A stretch of 64,000 bases of DNA from Eledone cirrhosa (GCA_964016885.1 OZ024748.1:9238001-9302000); one strand, 5' to 3'. Numbered from the stretch's first letter, positions 13,975 through 28,741 are shown. A program made the numbers and translations. The notes: generated by a model from the letters alone, not told the origin.

Positions 13975-14340
13975 TCCTCCTTCTCCCTCGCCTCCCTCTC
14001 TCTACCCCCTCTCTCTCTGTCTCTCTCTACCCCCTCTCTCTGTCTCTCTCTACCCCCTCTCACTGTCTCTCTCTACCCCCTCACTCTGTCTCACTCTACC
14101 TCTCTCTACCCCCTCTCGCTATCTCTCTCTATCCCCCTCTCTCTGTCTCTCTCTACCCGCTTCTCTCTGTCTCTCGCTACCCCCTCTCTCTACCTCCTCA
14201 CTCTGTCCCACTCTACCTCTCTCTACCCGCCTATCTATGTCTCTCTCTACCCCTCTCTCTGTCTCTCTCTATGCCCCTCTCTCTGGGTCTCTCTCTACCC
14301 CCCTCTCTCTGTCTCTCCCCCTCTCTCTCTCTCTCTCACA
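13975..14340. repeat. CT-rich minisatellite (ctctctacccc units)
   Basis: Directly visible. Confidence 0.85.
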
Positions 14341-14448
14341 CATATGCATATGTGTGTTTGTACAATAATGTAGAGATTACAACGTATTGGCAGGTGTGTA
14401 TATACATACATACCCACACGCATATACATGAACAGGTGTGTATGTGTG

Positions 14449-14510
<62 letters not shown>

Positions 14511-14544
14511 ATGTATACTTATTTGTATACAGGGACTGACAAAA

Positions 14545-15440
14545 GGTAGATAGACAGGTAGACGGGTAGACGAGTAGATAGACGGGTAGACGGGTAGATA
14601 GACGGGTAGACGGGTAGACGGGTAGATAGGTAGATAGACAGGTAGACGGGTAGATAGGTAGATAGACAGGTAGATAGGTAGATAGGTAGACGGGTAAACG
14701 GGTAGACAGGTAGATAGGTAGATAGATAGGTAGACGGGTAGACAGGTAGATAGACAGGTAGACAGGTAGACAGGTAAATAGACAGGTAGATGGGTAGACA
14801 GGTAGACGGGTAGACAGGTAGATAGACAGGTAGATAGGTAGACAGGTAGATAGACAGGTAGACGGGTAGACAGGTAGATAGACAGGTAGATAGGTAGACA
14901 GGTAGATAGACAGGTAGACGGGTAGATAGGTAGATAGACAGGTAGTCCCAACCCTCTCTATGATGTATCGCATGAGGTGGAGGTTGTCGTGGATGGACCT
15001 GGACGGGATAGCACATGTCTGCGCATCTCCCACCAGGTTGCCCACGACAAGCGCCAACCTCTTTGCTAGCACCTTGGCCAAAATCTGTAACTCTGTATTT
15101 AGCAGAGTTATGGGCCTGAAGTTACTTATTTCGTGCCCCTTGTTCTCGTCCTTCCTCACTAGAGTGACTACGCCCTTGGTCACAGTACAGGGAATTCTCC
15201 CGTTCTGTTGCCAGTTGCAGTAGACCGCCTCGAGGAGATCGGGGAACAAGTCCGGCATAGCTAGATATAATTCGTATGGAAGACCATCGAGACCCGAGAC
15301 AGGTAGATAGGTAGACAGGTAGATAGACGGGTAGATAGACAGGTAGATAGGTAGACAGGTAGATAGGTAGACGGGTAGATAGACAGGTAGACAAGTAGAC
15401 GGGTAGACAGGTAGACAGGTAGACGGGTAGACAGGTAGAT
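14545..15440. repeat. (GGTAGACA/TAGA)-type satellite interrupted by a LINE fragment
   Basis: Arrays at 14545-14945 and 15298-15440. Confidence 0.9.
14945..15298 (-). pseudogene. L1/Tx1-clade LINE reverse transcriptase fragment (RT domains 0-2)
   Basis: GLDGLPYELY...KGVVTLVRK...[23 protein letters not shown]...Q...[10 protein letters not shown]. Confidence 0.85.
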
Positions 15441-15673
15441 TCAGGCTACATTTCGCTGTTTTCAGTCCGAACTTCTAAGAACAATTTATTACAATATTAA
15501 ACTGAAAATGAAACAAGTTTAGTGAAATATTTGTGGAGAGGTCATAATTGGTGATAATTGCATGGATTACTAATAACTGCCATAACAAAGGTGGTGGTGG
15601 TTGTTTAACCCGGAGCCTGAACACTTTACACCTGAGGCATTCCAGTCGTAACCATCCCATTCTTCTTGGATTG

Positions 15674-15763
<90 letters not shown>

Positions 15764-15816
15764 TACACATATATATATATATATAGATATATATATATAT
15801 ACATATATGTATATAT

Positions 15817-16058
<242 letters not shown>

Positions 16059-16127
16059 GTTAGTTTGGTAAAGATATCCAACGAAACGTACGTTCCTGGT
16101 ATGGCACCGTCGTAGTAATTGGCCTTA

Positions 16128-16166
<39 letters not shown>

Positions 16167-16217
16167 AATATATATACATAAACATACATATATATATATA
16201 TCATATATATACATGCA

Positions 16218-16264
<47 letters not shown>

Positions 16265-16568
16265 AAACAAGCTTGTCCAATATAGAACATGATTTGAGGG
16301 CTATTTTGTCTGCTATTTCTTTCTTGTAAGATGTCGGTGGATGGCACCGAAACTCCCCCTGTTCACCCACCCCCCTCTCTCTGGCAGGTGGGAGTGTGTC
16401 ATTGTCGTGCAACAACTCTGGTAAAACATACATTAATGTAGAAAGTTTAAACATGAGATTGGTTTGCAGAGAGAGAGAGGGAGGAGAGAGATAGGTAGAG
16501 AGAGAGAGCGAGAGAGAGAGAGAGAGAGAGAGATAAATAGTTATATAGAGAGAAAAGGAAAGAGGGAA

Positions 16569-16603
<35 letters not shown>

Positions 16604-16691
16604 ATGGAAAGAGAAAGATAGATTGAGAGAGATATATATAGAGAGAGAGAAAGATATAAATAGCTATATAGAGAGAGAAGGAAAGAGGGAA

Positions 16692-16736
<45 letters not shown>

Positions 16737-16865
16737 ATGGAGAGAGAAAGATAGATTGAGAGAGATATATAGATATAGATAGAGAGAGAAAGATAGAAAG
16801 AGAGAGAGGTAGAGAGAGAAAGTGATAGATATCTATATATAAGGAGAGAGAGAGGGAGGGAGAGC

Positions 16866-16957
<92 letters not shown>

Positions 16958-17450
16958 ATGTATATATATTGTAAATTCTAACGATGATGATGTTTGAAGT
17001 GTAGAAGCTTAGTCAATTGAACACACAGACACCGAGATAACATTTCTATCAATGATGTACTGTAATATAATAAATATTGTCTCTAACTATAAAAGATATT
17101 GCTAACTCCGATGTTTGTTATCACAATATATTTTACCATCTTTCTGATTCTCTCTGGAGTTTGGAGAGTTTTTTTTATGTTTTCGTCAATGTTTTTCTTT
17201 TGTGTGTTGTTGTTGTTGTTGTTGTTGCTGTTGTTTTTGTTGTTGTTTTTACCTTACCTTTGATTTTTTGAGTTTTCCCTTCTATGATAATAATATAGTG
17301 ACAGCGTGGAGTGGATTAGCTGGTCGTTGGAGCTGGTTGCAGTAGTTTACTAGGAACAGCGAGAAGATATGTCAAGTTAGAGAGAGAGAGAGAGAGCAAG
17401 ACACTCCAGCTAGCATAATTAGATTATTATACACACATATATACATACTG

Positions 17451-17481
<31 letters not shown>

Positions 17482-17689
17482 GGGACATATACATACATAT
17501 ACATACACAGACAGATAGACAGAGAGAGAGAGCAAGAGAAAAGGGGAGAGAAAGTGAAAGAGGAATATCATACGGAGAGAGATAAAGAGACAGAGTTAAT
17601 GAGATAGTGTGGGAGAGCGATAACAAGAGAGCATGATAGCTAAAACGAGAGAGAATAAGAGGAAGAGAGTTAATGAGATAGAGAGCTGA

Positions 17690-18780
17690 GGTACGGGAGA
17701 GAAAGCTAGAGATAGATAGAGCTAATATAGATAGAGAGGGAACTAATATAGAGAGGGAGCTAGTATAGAGAGAGAGGGAGCTAATATATATAGAGAGAGA
17801 AAGCTAGAGAGAGATTGTGCTAATATATAAAGAGAGGGAACTAATATATAAAGAGAGGGAACTAATATATAGAGAGAGGGAGCTAATATAGAGAGGCAGG
17901 TAATATATAGAGAGAGGGAGCTATAGAGAGAGGGAGCTAATATAGAGAGAGAGGGAGGTAATCAGTTGAGTGTGTGACTATCATAAAACCTAATCGAAAA
18001 CACCTCAAAACACACACATACACACATATATATACAGGCACATACACACATATATAGACATAGGCACATACACACATATATAGACACATACACATATATA
18101 TATATATATATAGACACATACACACATATATATATTGACACATACACATATATATAGACATAGACACATGCACATATATAAACAAAGGCACATACACACA
18201 TATATATAGACACACACACATATATATATATATAGACATAGGCGCATACACACATATATATAGATATAGACACGTGCACACATATAGACATAGACACATA
18301 TATAGACTCATATATATATATATATATACACATATGGGCATAGAGACATACACACACACATAGAGATAGACATGTACATACATATAGACACAAACACACA
18401 CATATGGACATAGATATATACAGACATATAGACATAGAAACACATAGACACACACACATACACATCGATATAGACACCGACACACACAAATAGAAACATA
18501 CTCACACACACATATGGACATACATACACACAGAACACTGATATAAACACACTGATAGACACACAGACGGAGATAGAATAATTAGATATATAAGAAAAAT
18601 GAGAGTGAAAGTACGATAGTTAGAGAGGGAGAAATATAGAGAGAGTAAGAAGTAAAGAGAGAGAGTGAAAGAAGTAAAGAGAGAGAGTGAAAGGAGTAAA
18701 GAGAGAGAAGTAGAGAGAGAGAAAGAAGTAGAGAGAGAGAAAGAAGTAGAGAGAGAGAAAGAGAGAGAGAAAGAAGTATA
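17690..18780. repeat. gagagggagctaatata minisatellite, (CATA/CA)n and GA-rich repeats
   Basis: Directly visible. Confidence 0.8.
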
Positions 18781-18814
18781 GTGGGTTTTGTTATTTCTCA
18801 AGTTGAGATAGAAA

Positions 18815-19140
18815 CGAAATCCCCACGCCCTCGAGGGGGAAATACGTCATTCCACACGGTGCCTACCCACGACAAATAATATTCACGTGGGGGGTCGGCT
18901 GCCCAATCAGGGCAGGGGCATCAGGCTGGCGTGACGTACATAATCAGCATACCTTATATGGAGATCCTACCCCGACGCGCACGGCACCCCCAGCTCCCAC
19001 CTCCACCGCCCGCACCCAGCGCGCACCAACTACTGCTAGGGACGGGATTTGCCACCAAAGCTACTTTTTCTCTCCCACCTTACAAAACGACCGACTGAGC
19101 TCGCACGGAGGGTACCTGAGTACCAGAATTTCTGGTGAGT
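18815..19140 (+). promoter_or_regulatory. Probable Pol II promoter plus non-coding first exon ending at a splice donor
   Basis: CpG-rich island in an AT-rich window; GC box 18821-18830, CRE-like TACGTCA 18843 and TGACGTA 18932, E-box CACGTG 18884, CCAAT 18903, CArG CCTTATATGG 18952-18961; donor CTG|GTGAGT at 19134/19135. Confidence 0.6.
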
Positions 19141-20368
19141 TATCATCACATCCTTTTTATTGTATTTTAGAAAAATAATTTTACTTTACGATGCTTCGCT
19201 TTAACAATAATAATAATAAAAAAAGACGGAAGAGAAGAGAGAAAAATATGACACTATCTCTTCTCTAGATATTTACCTTGTCCTATAATTCTATGTATAG
19301 AGGATGAAGACAGTCTAAAATTGAGATAAACTGCTTCTTTATTTCTTCCTACATTCATTTAAACCTTATACAAACATTAATTCATACTAAAAAGCATCTC
19401 GTTTAGGTTAATTTTTCTAGTTTTTGTAATTTTTACATGAAATCAGCTCGGCTCTTTGCCTTCTCGCCTAGAGATGTTCGTTGCATACTTCTACTCTCTA
19501 CACTGTTGCTTGTTTCGCTTTTTCACTTCTGCTTTTGTCTCTCTTAAAGCAACGACTCATGCAAAATTTTACATTTCCCAAACATTTAAAGATATTTTAA
19601 TGAAACATACTCTATCTTTGTTGATATAAGTGTGTGTTGACTCTTAAAAATAATATATCCGCCCGCTATGTTTTCCAGATGTGTGTGTGTGCCAGTGTAT
19701 CTGTGTACATCTTGGTCTTTCTGTCTGTCTTTCATACATACAATGTGTCTATTTAATTAAAGTCGAAGTCCAAAGTGGTTATAGATATCGGTTTGATTAA
19801 TAACTGTAGCATCACTGGGGAAGATATGATCAGCTCCTACTGTTCTCCCATTAATGAACCCTGTTGTATGTTTAAATAACCGCAAAAACCTTTTTTTTAT
19901 TCATCATCAGAAATATTCTTTTACTGGGTGAGGTATTCTCTAAATTGAAAATAAACTACGTAAATTGAGTTACACTAAACAAAACAATGATTGAATGGCG
20001 GTGGAAACTAGATTTTCTTAAAACCAATGACCAAGATAGGTTTTAGTAGTGACCAGTTATTTCAGACTAGTGAGTTGCCATTGACCACTGCTGGTCAGTC
20101 GTCTCGTTCATATTTTTGCTTTTACTGATTTTATATATATACACACACACATATATGTATATGTGTGTATATAATTTCAATGATAATGCAATCATAACCG
20201 ACTCTTGTTTATTTGATATTATTATTTTTTTAATTTAATTTTCGCTGCTAGATTATGTATCATCACATTGATTATGGTAGTCATTAGAAGAGAGCTGTCC
20301 TCGCTACAGCTTTCATATCGATTACGAACGAAAGAAACCATACACGCAGACAGAAAGAGTGTAATATA

Positions 20369-20419
<51 letters not shown>

Positions 20420-21047
20420 ATATATATATATATAGTTGTGGCCGTCTGTATAGCCATGGGTGGAAGCAGTAACATCACGTGCCTGCGAAAAAAGATTGAT
20501 TTGCTGAGATATTAAAAAACTTTCACAAACAAACAGAAAACAATAGCTAAGTAAGATATGGAAATAATTAGACCCTGGTATTGATATCACTTTAAATTTG
20601 TTTATGTCACTGTAAAATAAAAGGAAATTCAGTATTCAGTAGAGAGCAGAAGCTGATTTATAGAAACGACTTTACAGTGTCCAGTTGCAAGATATCATCA
20701 ACCAGTTAATTTTTTCTCCTTTCATACTGTCTCTCTGTGGGATTATTGAAATAGAAGCCTGATCCAGTCTTTAAAGGTGTTGAGAAAGCTATATTTTGTT
20801 GTGATAAGGAAGAAATAAAGTCGAATAACAAGGAAGAAACATCGACTTCATTTCTTTAGTCATTCCATGCGTTCATTCAGTCTTCAGTATTTTTTTCTTC
20901 CTTTACGAACACACACCTTCAATATAATATAGCTGCACACATACACATATGTTTTAACAACTGCATAACATACATGCACGCTTATGTTTGTATATAAGTA
21001 TGTATATATAAAGCCTATATATATAGATATATAGATATATAGATATA

Positions 21048-21083
<36 letters not shown>

Positions 21084-21233
21084 GCGGTGTCAGAAGTATT
21101 CGTTAGACAAGTAAAATCTTGTCTGAGCTGTTGTTTTTTAATCCCAAGTCAGCTCTCCTTGAGCAGAACTATGTCCAAAGGCTTTCCAGTCGTGACCACA
21201 CTGTCATATAGACACACGCACACACACACAACG

Positions 21234-21294
<61 letters not shown>

Positions 21295-21692
21295 AAAGTA
21301 AAAATATAACTATTTGCAAGTAGTAGAAAGCTATATAGGAGAATATATGATAGCCAGATAGTTTTATACAAAGATCAGTGTTTTTATGTAGTTATAGGTG
21401 GAAGATATAGATATTCTTAAGGTAAAAAATAGAGAAAGATAGACGTAAACACAGAGAGGATACCCAACCAAAGAGAACGATAGAATAAAGTTATCTCATT
21501 CATTGCTTGACGAGTGTTTCGTCATTACAGCCGACTATTACAGGGAAAAGGCAACACAAGAAGATAGAATATATTTTTGTACAACATGTGTATAAAAGTA
21601 TTCAATGCTTCATCAGATGTATAAGCAAAGAATTTTTTAAAAATCTAAACAAAATGCGCTGAAAGGTGCAGGCCACAGAAGGTTACATTTAT

Positions 21693-21792
21693 ATAGTGTC
21701 CCCCAAAAATGTATACACATTTTGATTACCTGTACAGGAAATATTTATTAGAATGCCGTTGAAGTGTGTATACATTTTTGGGGGACACCCTG
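21693..21792. mobile_element. Tc1/mariner-type MITE
   Basis: gtgtcccccaaaaatgtatacaca ... tgtgtatacatttttgggggacaccctg. Confidence 0.75.
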
Positions 21793-21964
21793 TGTGTATA
21801 TATATGTGTGTGTGTGTCCTTCGTTTTCCTATTTAAGACAGTAGGGTGTGATTTGAGGGAGTCTTAGCTGCTATTTCAACTATTTCAAGCAGGAGGTCTA
21901 TCAACGTCAGTATAGCTAGTAATGGTAGTTAGTAGCGACCAAAGCAGCTAGCTCTATGACCGCT

Positions 21965-22009
<45 letters not shown>

Positions 22010-22880
22010 CACACCCTTTTTTTCCTGTCTCTCTCTCTCTGGTGTTAATGATTGACATACCTTTATAGTGAAACTGACGCCTAATTGCTTACGTTAAACC
22101 AGCTCCTCTCTATTTAGTCTTCATGACTCCTCGTTCAATCTAAATTACACTGAAATATTTCTTCTGTCCCTCCAAGTCACAACTTCAACATTCATCACAT
22201 AGATGTGAGTTTTTAGTTTTGTTTTGTTTTGTTTGATTTTTTTCCCTGCTGTCCACCGAACCATGAGACCTGTTAAACAAAGCACACGCTCACTATCTCA
22301 TTTTTTTTTTTGTTTTCTTTTTTATAGATTTATAGATTCATGAAGATAATATCACCATTTATTTACTTTACTACCTTAGCTCTCTCTACTCATCATAAAT
22401 TCGATTTAACAGACGACTTTTGAAGATATTTTACTATTAAAATTAAAATAGACACCAACCTATAACTATCAGTTAGTCACTTCTAACCACTGTTGGTATC
22501 TCTTTCTCTTGTTTTAACTCATTTAGACATTACATTCTTGATTAATTATTATTCGATTACTTTGCCAATCTATCAATAGGTTAACTATTTGCTCTAGAGC
22601 TTTAGATAAATAAATGAACGTTTTATTTTTGTTAAATTTCTTAAATATTTTCTCAAGCACCTGTAAAAAAAACAAGCTACCAATACACACACACATCAAA
22701 CAATCAACTATAATGTTTACACAGGTAATGGTTGAATATCTCTACATCTCTCTCTCTCTACACCGACACATTCACCATGTGTACAGATATTCGAAACTAA
22801 ATATTTGCCTGTTGGTGTTGTTGTCTCTGCTGCTTGTATTATGTCTGTTTTGTGTATTCTTATATTACGTGTATATGGGA

Positions 22881-23017
22881 GTCCCGGGTTCAATCGGGGC
22901 TAACCACAGTACATAAGGTACTCAATACATTAGTAGAGTGTAAACAACAAATTTAATATAGAAATGGCTTTTCATGATTTCCTTCGAATGAAACAGTTCT
23001 AGTCCTGTAGAAGCCAC
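22881..23017 (+). mobile_element. Hairpin+tail element family H2 (left hairpin arm largely deleted)
   Basis: tcccgggttcaatcggggctaaccacagt..aaggtactcaatac..agtagagtg...gaatgaaacagttctagtcctgtagaagcc; homologues at 32693, 35702(-), 40988. Confidence 0.7.
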
Positions 23018-23173
23018 ATATATATATATATAACGTATGTATGTATATATGTATATGTACTGTTCTTCTGTATATTATTGTTTATGTAGCTTGTGCGTGT
23101 GTGTGTAACTCGTCTGTTTATTTAGAAATATAGGAAGATGACAGCTAGGATTTTCAGAGTAAATCTCTCTCTG

Positions 23174-23205
<32 letters not shown>

Positions 23206-23511
23206 CCTCCCTCTCTCTATCCATGCAAGTCCCGATCAATGTCGGTTGTAAGGAACTATACATGTCACTTCCAACAATGGAACGAACACACAGTCACATC
23301 TCTACATTTGATCACTTTTTATCCATTATTCCCTTCTTCTGCTTATCACTCATTCATCTCCTCTTCTTTCCTTCTATTATTTCTTCTCTCCTTTTTCTTC
23401 AATCTTTGCTTCTTCACTTTTATTTTTGCTCTCCTCTATTTCTGCTTCCCCTCTTTTCTTCATTTCTATCACACTTTTGCTGTCTCGTTCACTTCTCTTT
23501 CTTTCGCTCTA

Positions 23512-23578
<67 letters not shown>

Positions 23579-24304
23579 TCAACCTCTCTCTCTCTCTTCT
23601 TTAACCTGTCTTTCTCTCCACCAGTAACTCTATCCTTCATTTTATATTAACACCTCTCGCAATCACCCTTCTACATTCACGTCTATTCTATCCTTCTCTC
23701 TCTTCCTCCCTTTATTCAATCTCTTTCTCATTTCGCCCATACCTCATTTTTCAGTCTCTTCGTCTATATCTCAACAACCAACGTCTTTCCATATCATCAT
23801 CTTTATCATCTCTTTCTCTCCCATCGCCCATGTCACCAACCTTCACTCTTTTTCTACCAATTCCCTATTTTATCCTGTCTCAAACCTTTCATAACATCAC
23901 AACTCAATCTCATATATATTTCACACACCCCCTCCTCTCTCTCTTCTCTCTCTCAGCACTGAACTTCTTTACTGTCTCTTTCTCTATTCCTCACACACAC
24001 TCTCTCTATTCCATATTCCTTCTCTCTTTCTCTATCATCTTCCTTCCACGGGCAAAGGTCTCCCTCTATTCATACTTTACTCTACGTCTCTCATCATCAA
24101 ATTACCCCTACCCTCGCTCTTCTCTATAACATCAATCCTTTTTTTTATTTCACCTATCGTTCCGTCTACCTGTATGTCTTACCTGTCCATTTACCTTTGA
24201 ACACCCCCTCCTCCCATTCAGTTGACTATGTAAACTACTCACCTTTAATTCTCTTCATCATCCGCCCCCTTTCTTTCCATTTGTGTGTGTATATATATAT
24301 ACGT

Positions 24305-24341
<37 letters not shown>

Positions 24342-26656
24342 ATATAGTGTAGTATAGTATAGTGTCGTTTATGAGAAAACTGCAACAAAAATATAAGCGG
24401 CTTTCTACAAATGTGGAGCCATTCGTTATCTGTATAATAAAGATTTAATCAAGAAACACAGACGGCTACTTACTTTTTCTATTTAATATATTAGTAGTAA
24501 GGTTGTTGTATACTGCGGCCACTACTAGCTAGGTCTAGGAAGGAGAGTGCTTGACCTATCCTGACCGCCTTACTTTACAAAAGAACACAGTAGATAAAGT
24601 AGTCATACATTGATGGACAGTCTACGGCTGAAATAAATGCCGTTCATCATAAGTTGCTTGATCAGGGTTGAACAGCAGCAGCAGCAAAAGCCATCGTGAG
24701 AGCTTTTACTTGACCGTTCTACTTTGCTAGAATAAACAGCATAATGTCCCTCAAATCCTACCCTACATTGATTTATTGCTTTGTTATTTCATATTGCAAT
24801 TAGTGAACAATAGCTTAGCTGGTTTACAGATTTGGTGTGGTTTCACTGACCTCGCGACTGACCAAGGTCGAAATCGTGGCAAGGAACTTAGTTTGTAAAA
24901 CACCGGCGGTTTTTTTCTTTTTTTCCACTTTTCTCACTTGTTTATATTCTTCGCCGGTATAAAATGACGAACACACACACACACACACGTATGTATAATG
25001 TAAACTTAGTGAACTTTGTAACCAGACTGTTTCAATCCCTAGAAAGGTTTAGTTGCTACTTTAATCAAATGTTTATTCGGTCGGAGTTGACCTGGGGCCG
25101 AACACATTCACCCACAACATACTCCCCTGCATTATTCAGTGTTTATTTTCTCATAAATAACTCTGTTTCCCACCACCTTTTTTCCCGATTTCTTAATTAA
25201 TCAGAAAGAATAATCTGTCCTTCCACCAGAATTTCAACTTCCTACTCACCTCTGTCTTTGTTTCTATCTTACTCAACATTCTTCATCTTACTGTCGCTTC
25301 TATGTGGTTGATACACCTGATAGAAACCACAGCCTTCATAAAGCGACATTGGTTGCAAGCTAGACTGCCTTTTATAATGGCTCTGAGTTGGGGGTTATAC
25401 AACAACAAAAATAGTTTCGTTACTCAAAATACGTAATTATATTAGGTTCCTTCGATGTTGTCCGAGTGACCTCTTAGTCATGTTTATGTTAGGAACCATT
25501 TTGACTTGAGGAACAGTCAAAAGGAAGTCACCGGCAAAAGATTCACTCAGCTAATTACCCTCACCTCTCATAAACTTCTTTCTGAACAGGTGAGGTAACA
25601 CAGGTGATGTTTCTATCTCACCTGACCTGGATATAGTTCCTATAAAGAATAAGGAACCGCCCCTCATCAGTATTTCATCTCCAAGTCGTGTTTATCTTTA
25701 TGAAAGCGTGTTTAAGTTGTGTGAACTAAGTGGAAGTTTATTGATTTAAAACTACATCAAAGTCTACTGTACAAGATACAGAAGATGTTCTAACCTGTAA
25801 TAGGTATGCCAGGAGTTATGTGAGATGTATACATTACATACTAACACACACACATGGTTTCATTCATTAGACTGCGGCTTTGCTGGAGCACGGGTTTAAA
25901 TAGATTTAGGTGATATCGATCCCAATACTTGATTTTTTCAAGTTTGATACTTATTTTAGCGGCCTCTATTTGTCGAGCATTCAAGTTACTGGGCATAAAC
26001 CAACAGTAAACACATACATACACACATGTATATGTCCGTACATACACACACAAGACCAGTTTCCGTCTACCACAAACAATTGCTCCGCCAAGTCATTCAA
26101 AACCATACAGCTGCGAAGCAAATTACTTGACCCCAAAGCCATACCTCTGCCTATTATTAATAATATAAAAAATTGGATTGTGTGTGTGTGTTTTATATTT
26201 ATGGATACGCATGCGCTGACTACAGCTGTATTAGTGTGTCAGGGTCACACACTGCCCTGTCAGTGGAATTAGGGTGACGGAAACAGTTTGGAAGCCCGTC
26301 AAATTGACTTTACCTGTAATTTAAAGGGTCAAACTTTTTATAGGCCACGCTGGAAATTTCGTTAAGGGTATATGTGATTGGAATGCTGACCCAGGGAGGG
26401 GCGGGGTTCTATTCCATCAGTAGACATAAAAAGGGTTCGATTTGTGTATGTCATAAACAGTAGATTTCTATGTATGCTGCGATGAAATAATACTTGGCCC
26501 GTTATCTCCTATGGTGGTGTGGAACTATAACAATGCGAGACCACGATATATATGTGTGTGTGTATAGTATATGTATATATGAGTGTGCGTGTGTATAGTA
26601 TATGTATATATGTGTGTACATAGAACAATAATAAAACAGAAGTCAGATGAAGCTAG

Positions 26657-26689
<33 letters not shown>

Positions 26690-26694
<5 letters not shown>

Positions 26695-26888
26695 AAAAAG
26701 TATGACCCCAACGGCAGAGCTCAAGCCGTTTTGACGGCTATTATAGTCCAGAAATAGCCGTCGAAACGGCTTGAGCTCTGCCGTCGGAGGTCACATATTT
26801 TTTCCTATTACCCACTCTACTACTCTAAGTATTGAGTACTCTGGTGCGTTATGGTCCATCTGGTTCCTTACCACATTTCCTTCGTTAT
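26690..26888 (-). mobile_element. Hairpin+tail element family H1
   Basis: Palindrome 26690-26808 followed by reverse-complement tail; (TA)n flanks. Confidence 0.8.
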
Positions 26889-26914
26889 ATATATATATAT
26901 ATGTATATATATAT

Positions 26915-27097
26915 AATTGTTTCTACTTTTGGCACAAGGCCAGCAATTAACCAGTACATTACTGGTACTTTATTTTATCGACCCCGTAAAGATGAAAGGC
27001 AAAGTTGACCTCGGCGGGATTTGAACTCAGAATGGAAAGCGCTGAAATTCTATACATCAAAGTATGACGTCCGACTCTCTACCGATACTGCCAATCC
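26915..27097 (-). mobile_element. tRNA-derived SINE (family of 1722-1917)
   Basis: Reverse complement of the 1722-1917 sequence. Confidence 0.8.
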
Positions 27098-27103
27098 AAT
27101 ATA

Positions 27104-27314
27104 TATACTTTGGGAGGGTCATGCTGCCAATAAAAACACACGCACCTGTTGGTTTTCACTTCAGTTTATTTCCGATTGGTTGGTTTAATAACGGGATGGT
27201 TATTTATTTGTTGTCAAAGCTCTTTCATCACACTTTCTGTGACCTCAGTGACTAATTTGTTATTTTGTGTGTTGTCTTTTTTTATTGGCAAGATGACCCT
27301 CCTAAAGTATAACA
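27104..27314. mobile_element. ~210 bp MITE with ~30-bp TIRs and TGT...ACA-type termini (Ginger-like)
   Basis: tatactttgggagggtcatgctgccaataaa ... tttattggcaagatgaccctcctaaagtataaca; TIR-like pieces also at 42, 9818, 11053, 12785, 53214, 57660. Confidence 0.75.
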
Positions 27315-27478
27315 ATATCTGCTTCAACACATGAAATATATATATGTGTGTGTGTGTATAAACTGAAGAAAATTAACAAGGAGAGAACAAGACAACGAAC
27401 GGAAACAAAACGAAAAACAATATTTTAAGGCGAAACCTTAAAATTTTTATTTTTTAATATATATATGTCTGTGTGTGA

Positions 27479-27543
<65 letters not shown>

Positions 27544-27570
27544 ATGAAAAGATGGTTAAAAAAGAGTTCC

Positions 27571-27639
27571 ATTTTATTATGCGCATTTCAAAAACAAATA
27601 TCATCATGGGATGATATTTGCGTTCTCATCAGATAAAAT
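27571..27639 (-). ncRNA. Minimal type I hammerhead ribozyme (family A), intact core
   Basis: Minus strand: attttat-CTGATGA-gaacgcaaatatcatc[ccat]gatgatatttgttttt-GAAA-tgcgca-TA-ataaaat; palindromic stem III. Confidence 0.85.
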
Positions 27640-28092
27640 AGGGAGACGTGATATGAAGCTTAAAAAACACTTGCGAGCAGTGAAGTGTTAAATCTACATA
27701 TATATGTATGTGTGTGTGTGTGTGTGTGTTTACTGTCTGCTTGACACAGTTGATCGCTACATTAGCTTTCGAAACCTGCGGTAGTGATCAACTGTTTTCA
27801 AGGAGACTATTAATAATATTTCATCTCCGTTGATAATAAAGCGCTCCTTTGCCTTGTCTTTTTATGGAAACTGTTAACACTACAAAGGATCGGGAGAACC
27901 CTTCAATTGTGTTAAAGCCATGACTACCTCTCTAGTGCTGGAGTCACGATCAAACACTCAGTAGAGCACGGTGTGATGTGTGTGTATATATATATAAACT
28001 GAATACACAGGTGCTTTTTGTTCAAAAGAAATCTTTCCGTTCTTCCTCTTTTCACTCCTCTATCGTTCTTATTTCTCTTCTATTTCTCACTC

Positions 28093-28130
28093 TATCTTCT
28101 GCTGAAGGACTAGCGTCCGAAACGTTGATA
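28093..28130 (+). ncRNA. Degenerate Penelope-type hammerhead (family C)
   Basis: tatctt-CTGCTGA-a-ggac[tagc]gtcc-GAAA-cgtt-gata; one core substitution; related to ctgatgaaggac...gaaacg at ~9527. Confidence 0.5.
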
Positions 28131-28222
28131 CTCTTCTTACTGTATCAAGCGTTAATCTAATATATGTCTTCATTTATTGTTTGCTTTGTTGTTTTCCGTT
28201 TAATTTTTGCATACATATGTAA

Positions 28223-28257
<35 letters not shown>

Positions 28258-28642
28258 CATATATATATGTGTATATATATATATGTGTGTATATATATAT
28301 ATATGTGTATACATATATATATATATATATGTGTATATATATATGTATATATATATCCTATCTATGTATATATATTTCTCTCTCTCTGTATTTGTATTTA
28401 TTTATCTGTGTGTATATATATATATATATATATTTACCTATGTATGTATATATATATATTTACCTATGTATGTATATATATATATATATTTACCTATCTA
28501 TGTATATATATATATATTTACCTATCTATGTATATATATATATATATTTACCTATCTATATATGTATATATATATATATATTTACCTATCTATGTATGAA
28601 TATATATATAAATATATATATATATATATTTACCTATGTATG

Positions 28643-28696
<54 letters not shown>

Positions 28697-28704
28697 TATG
28701 TATG

Positions 28705-28741
<37 letters not shown>

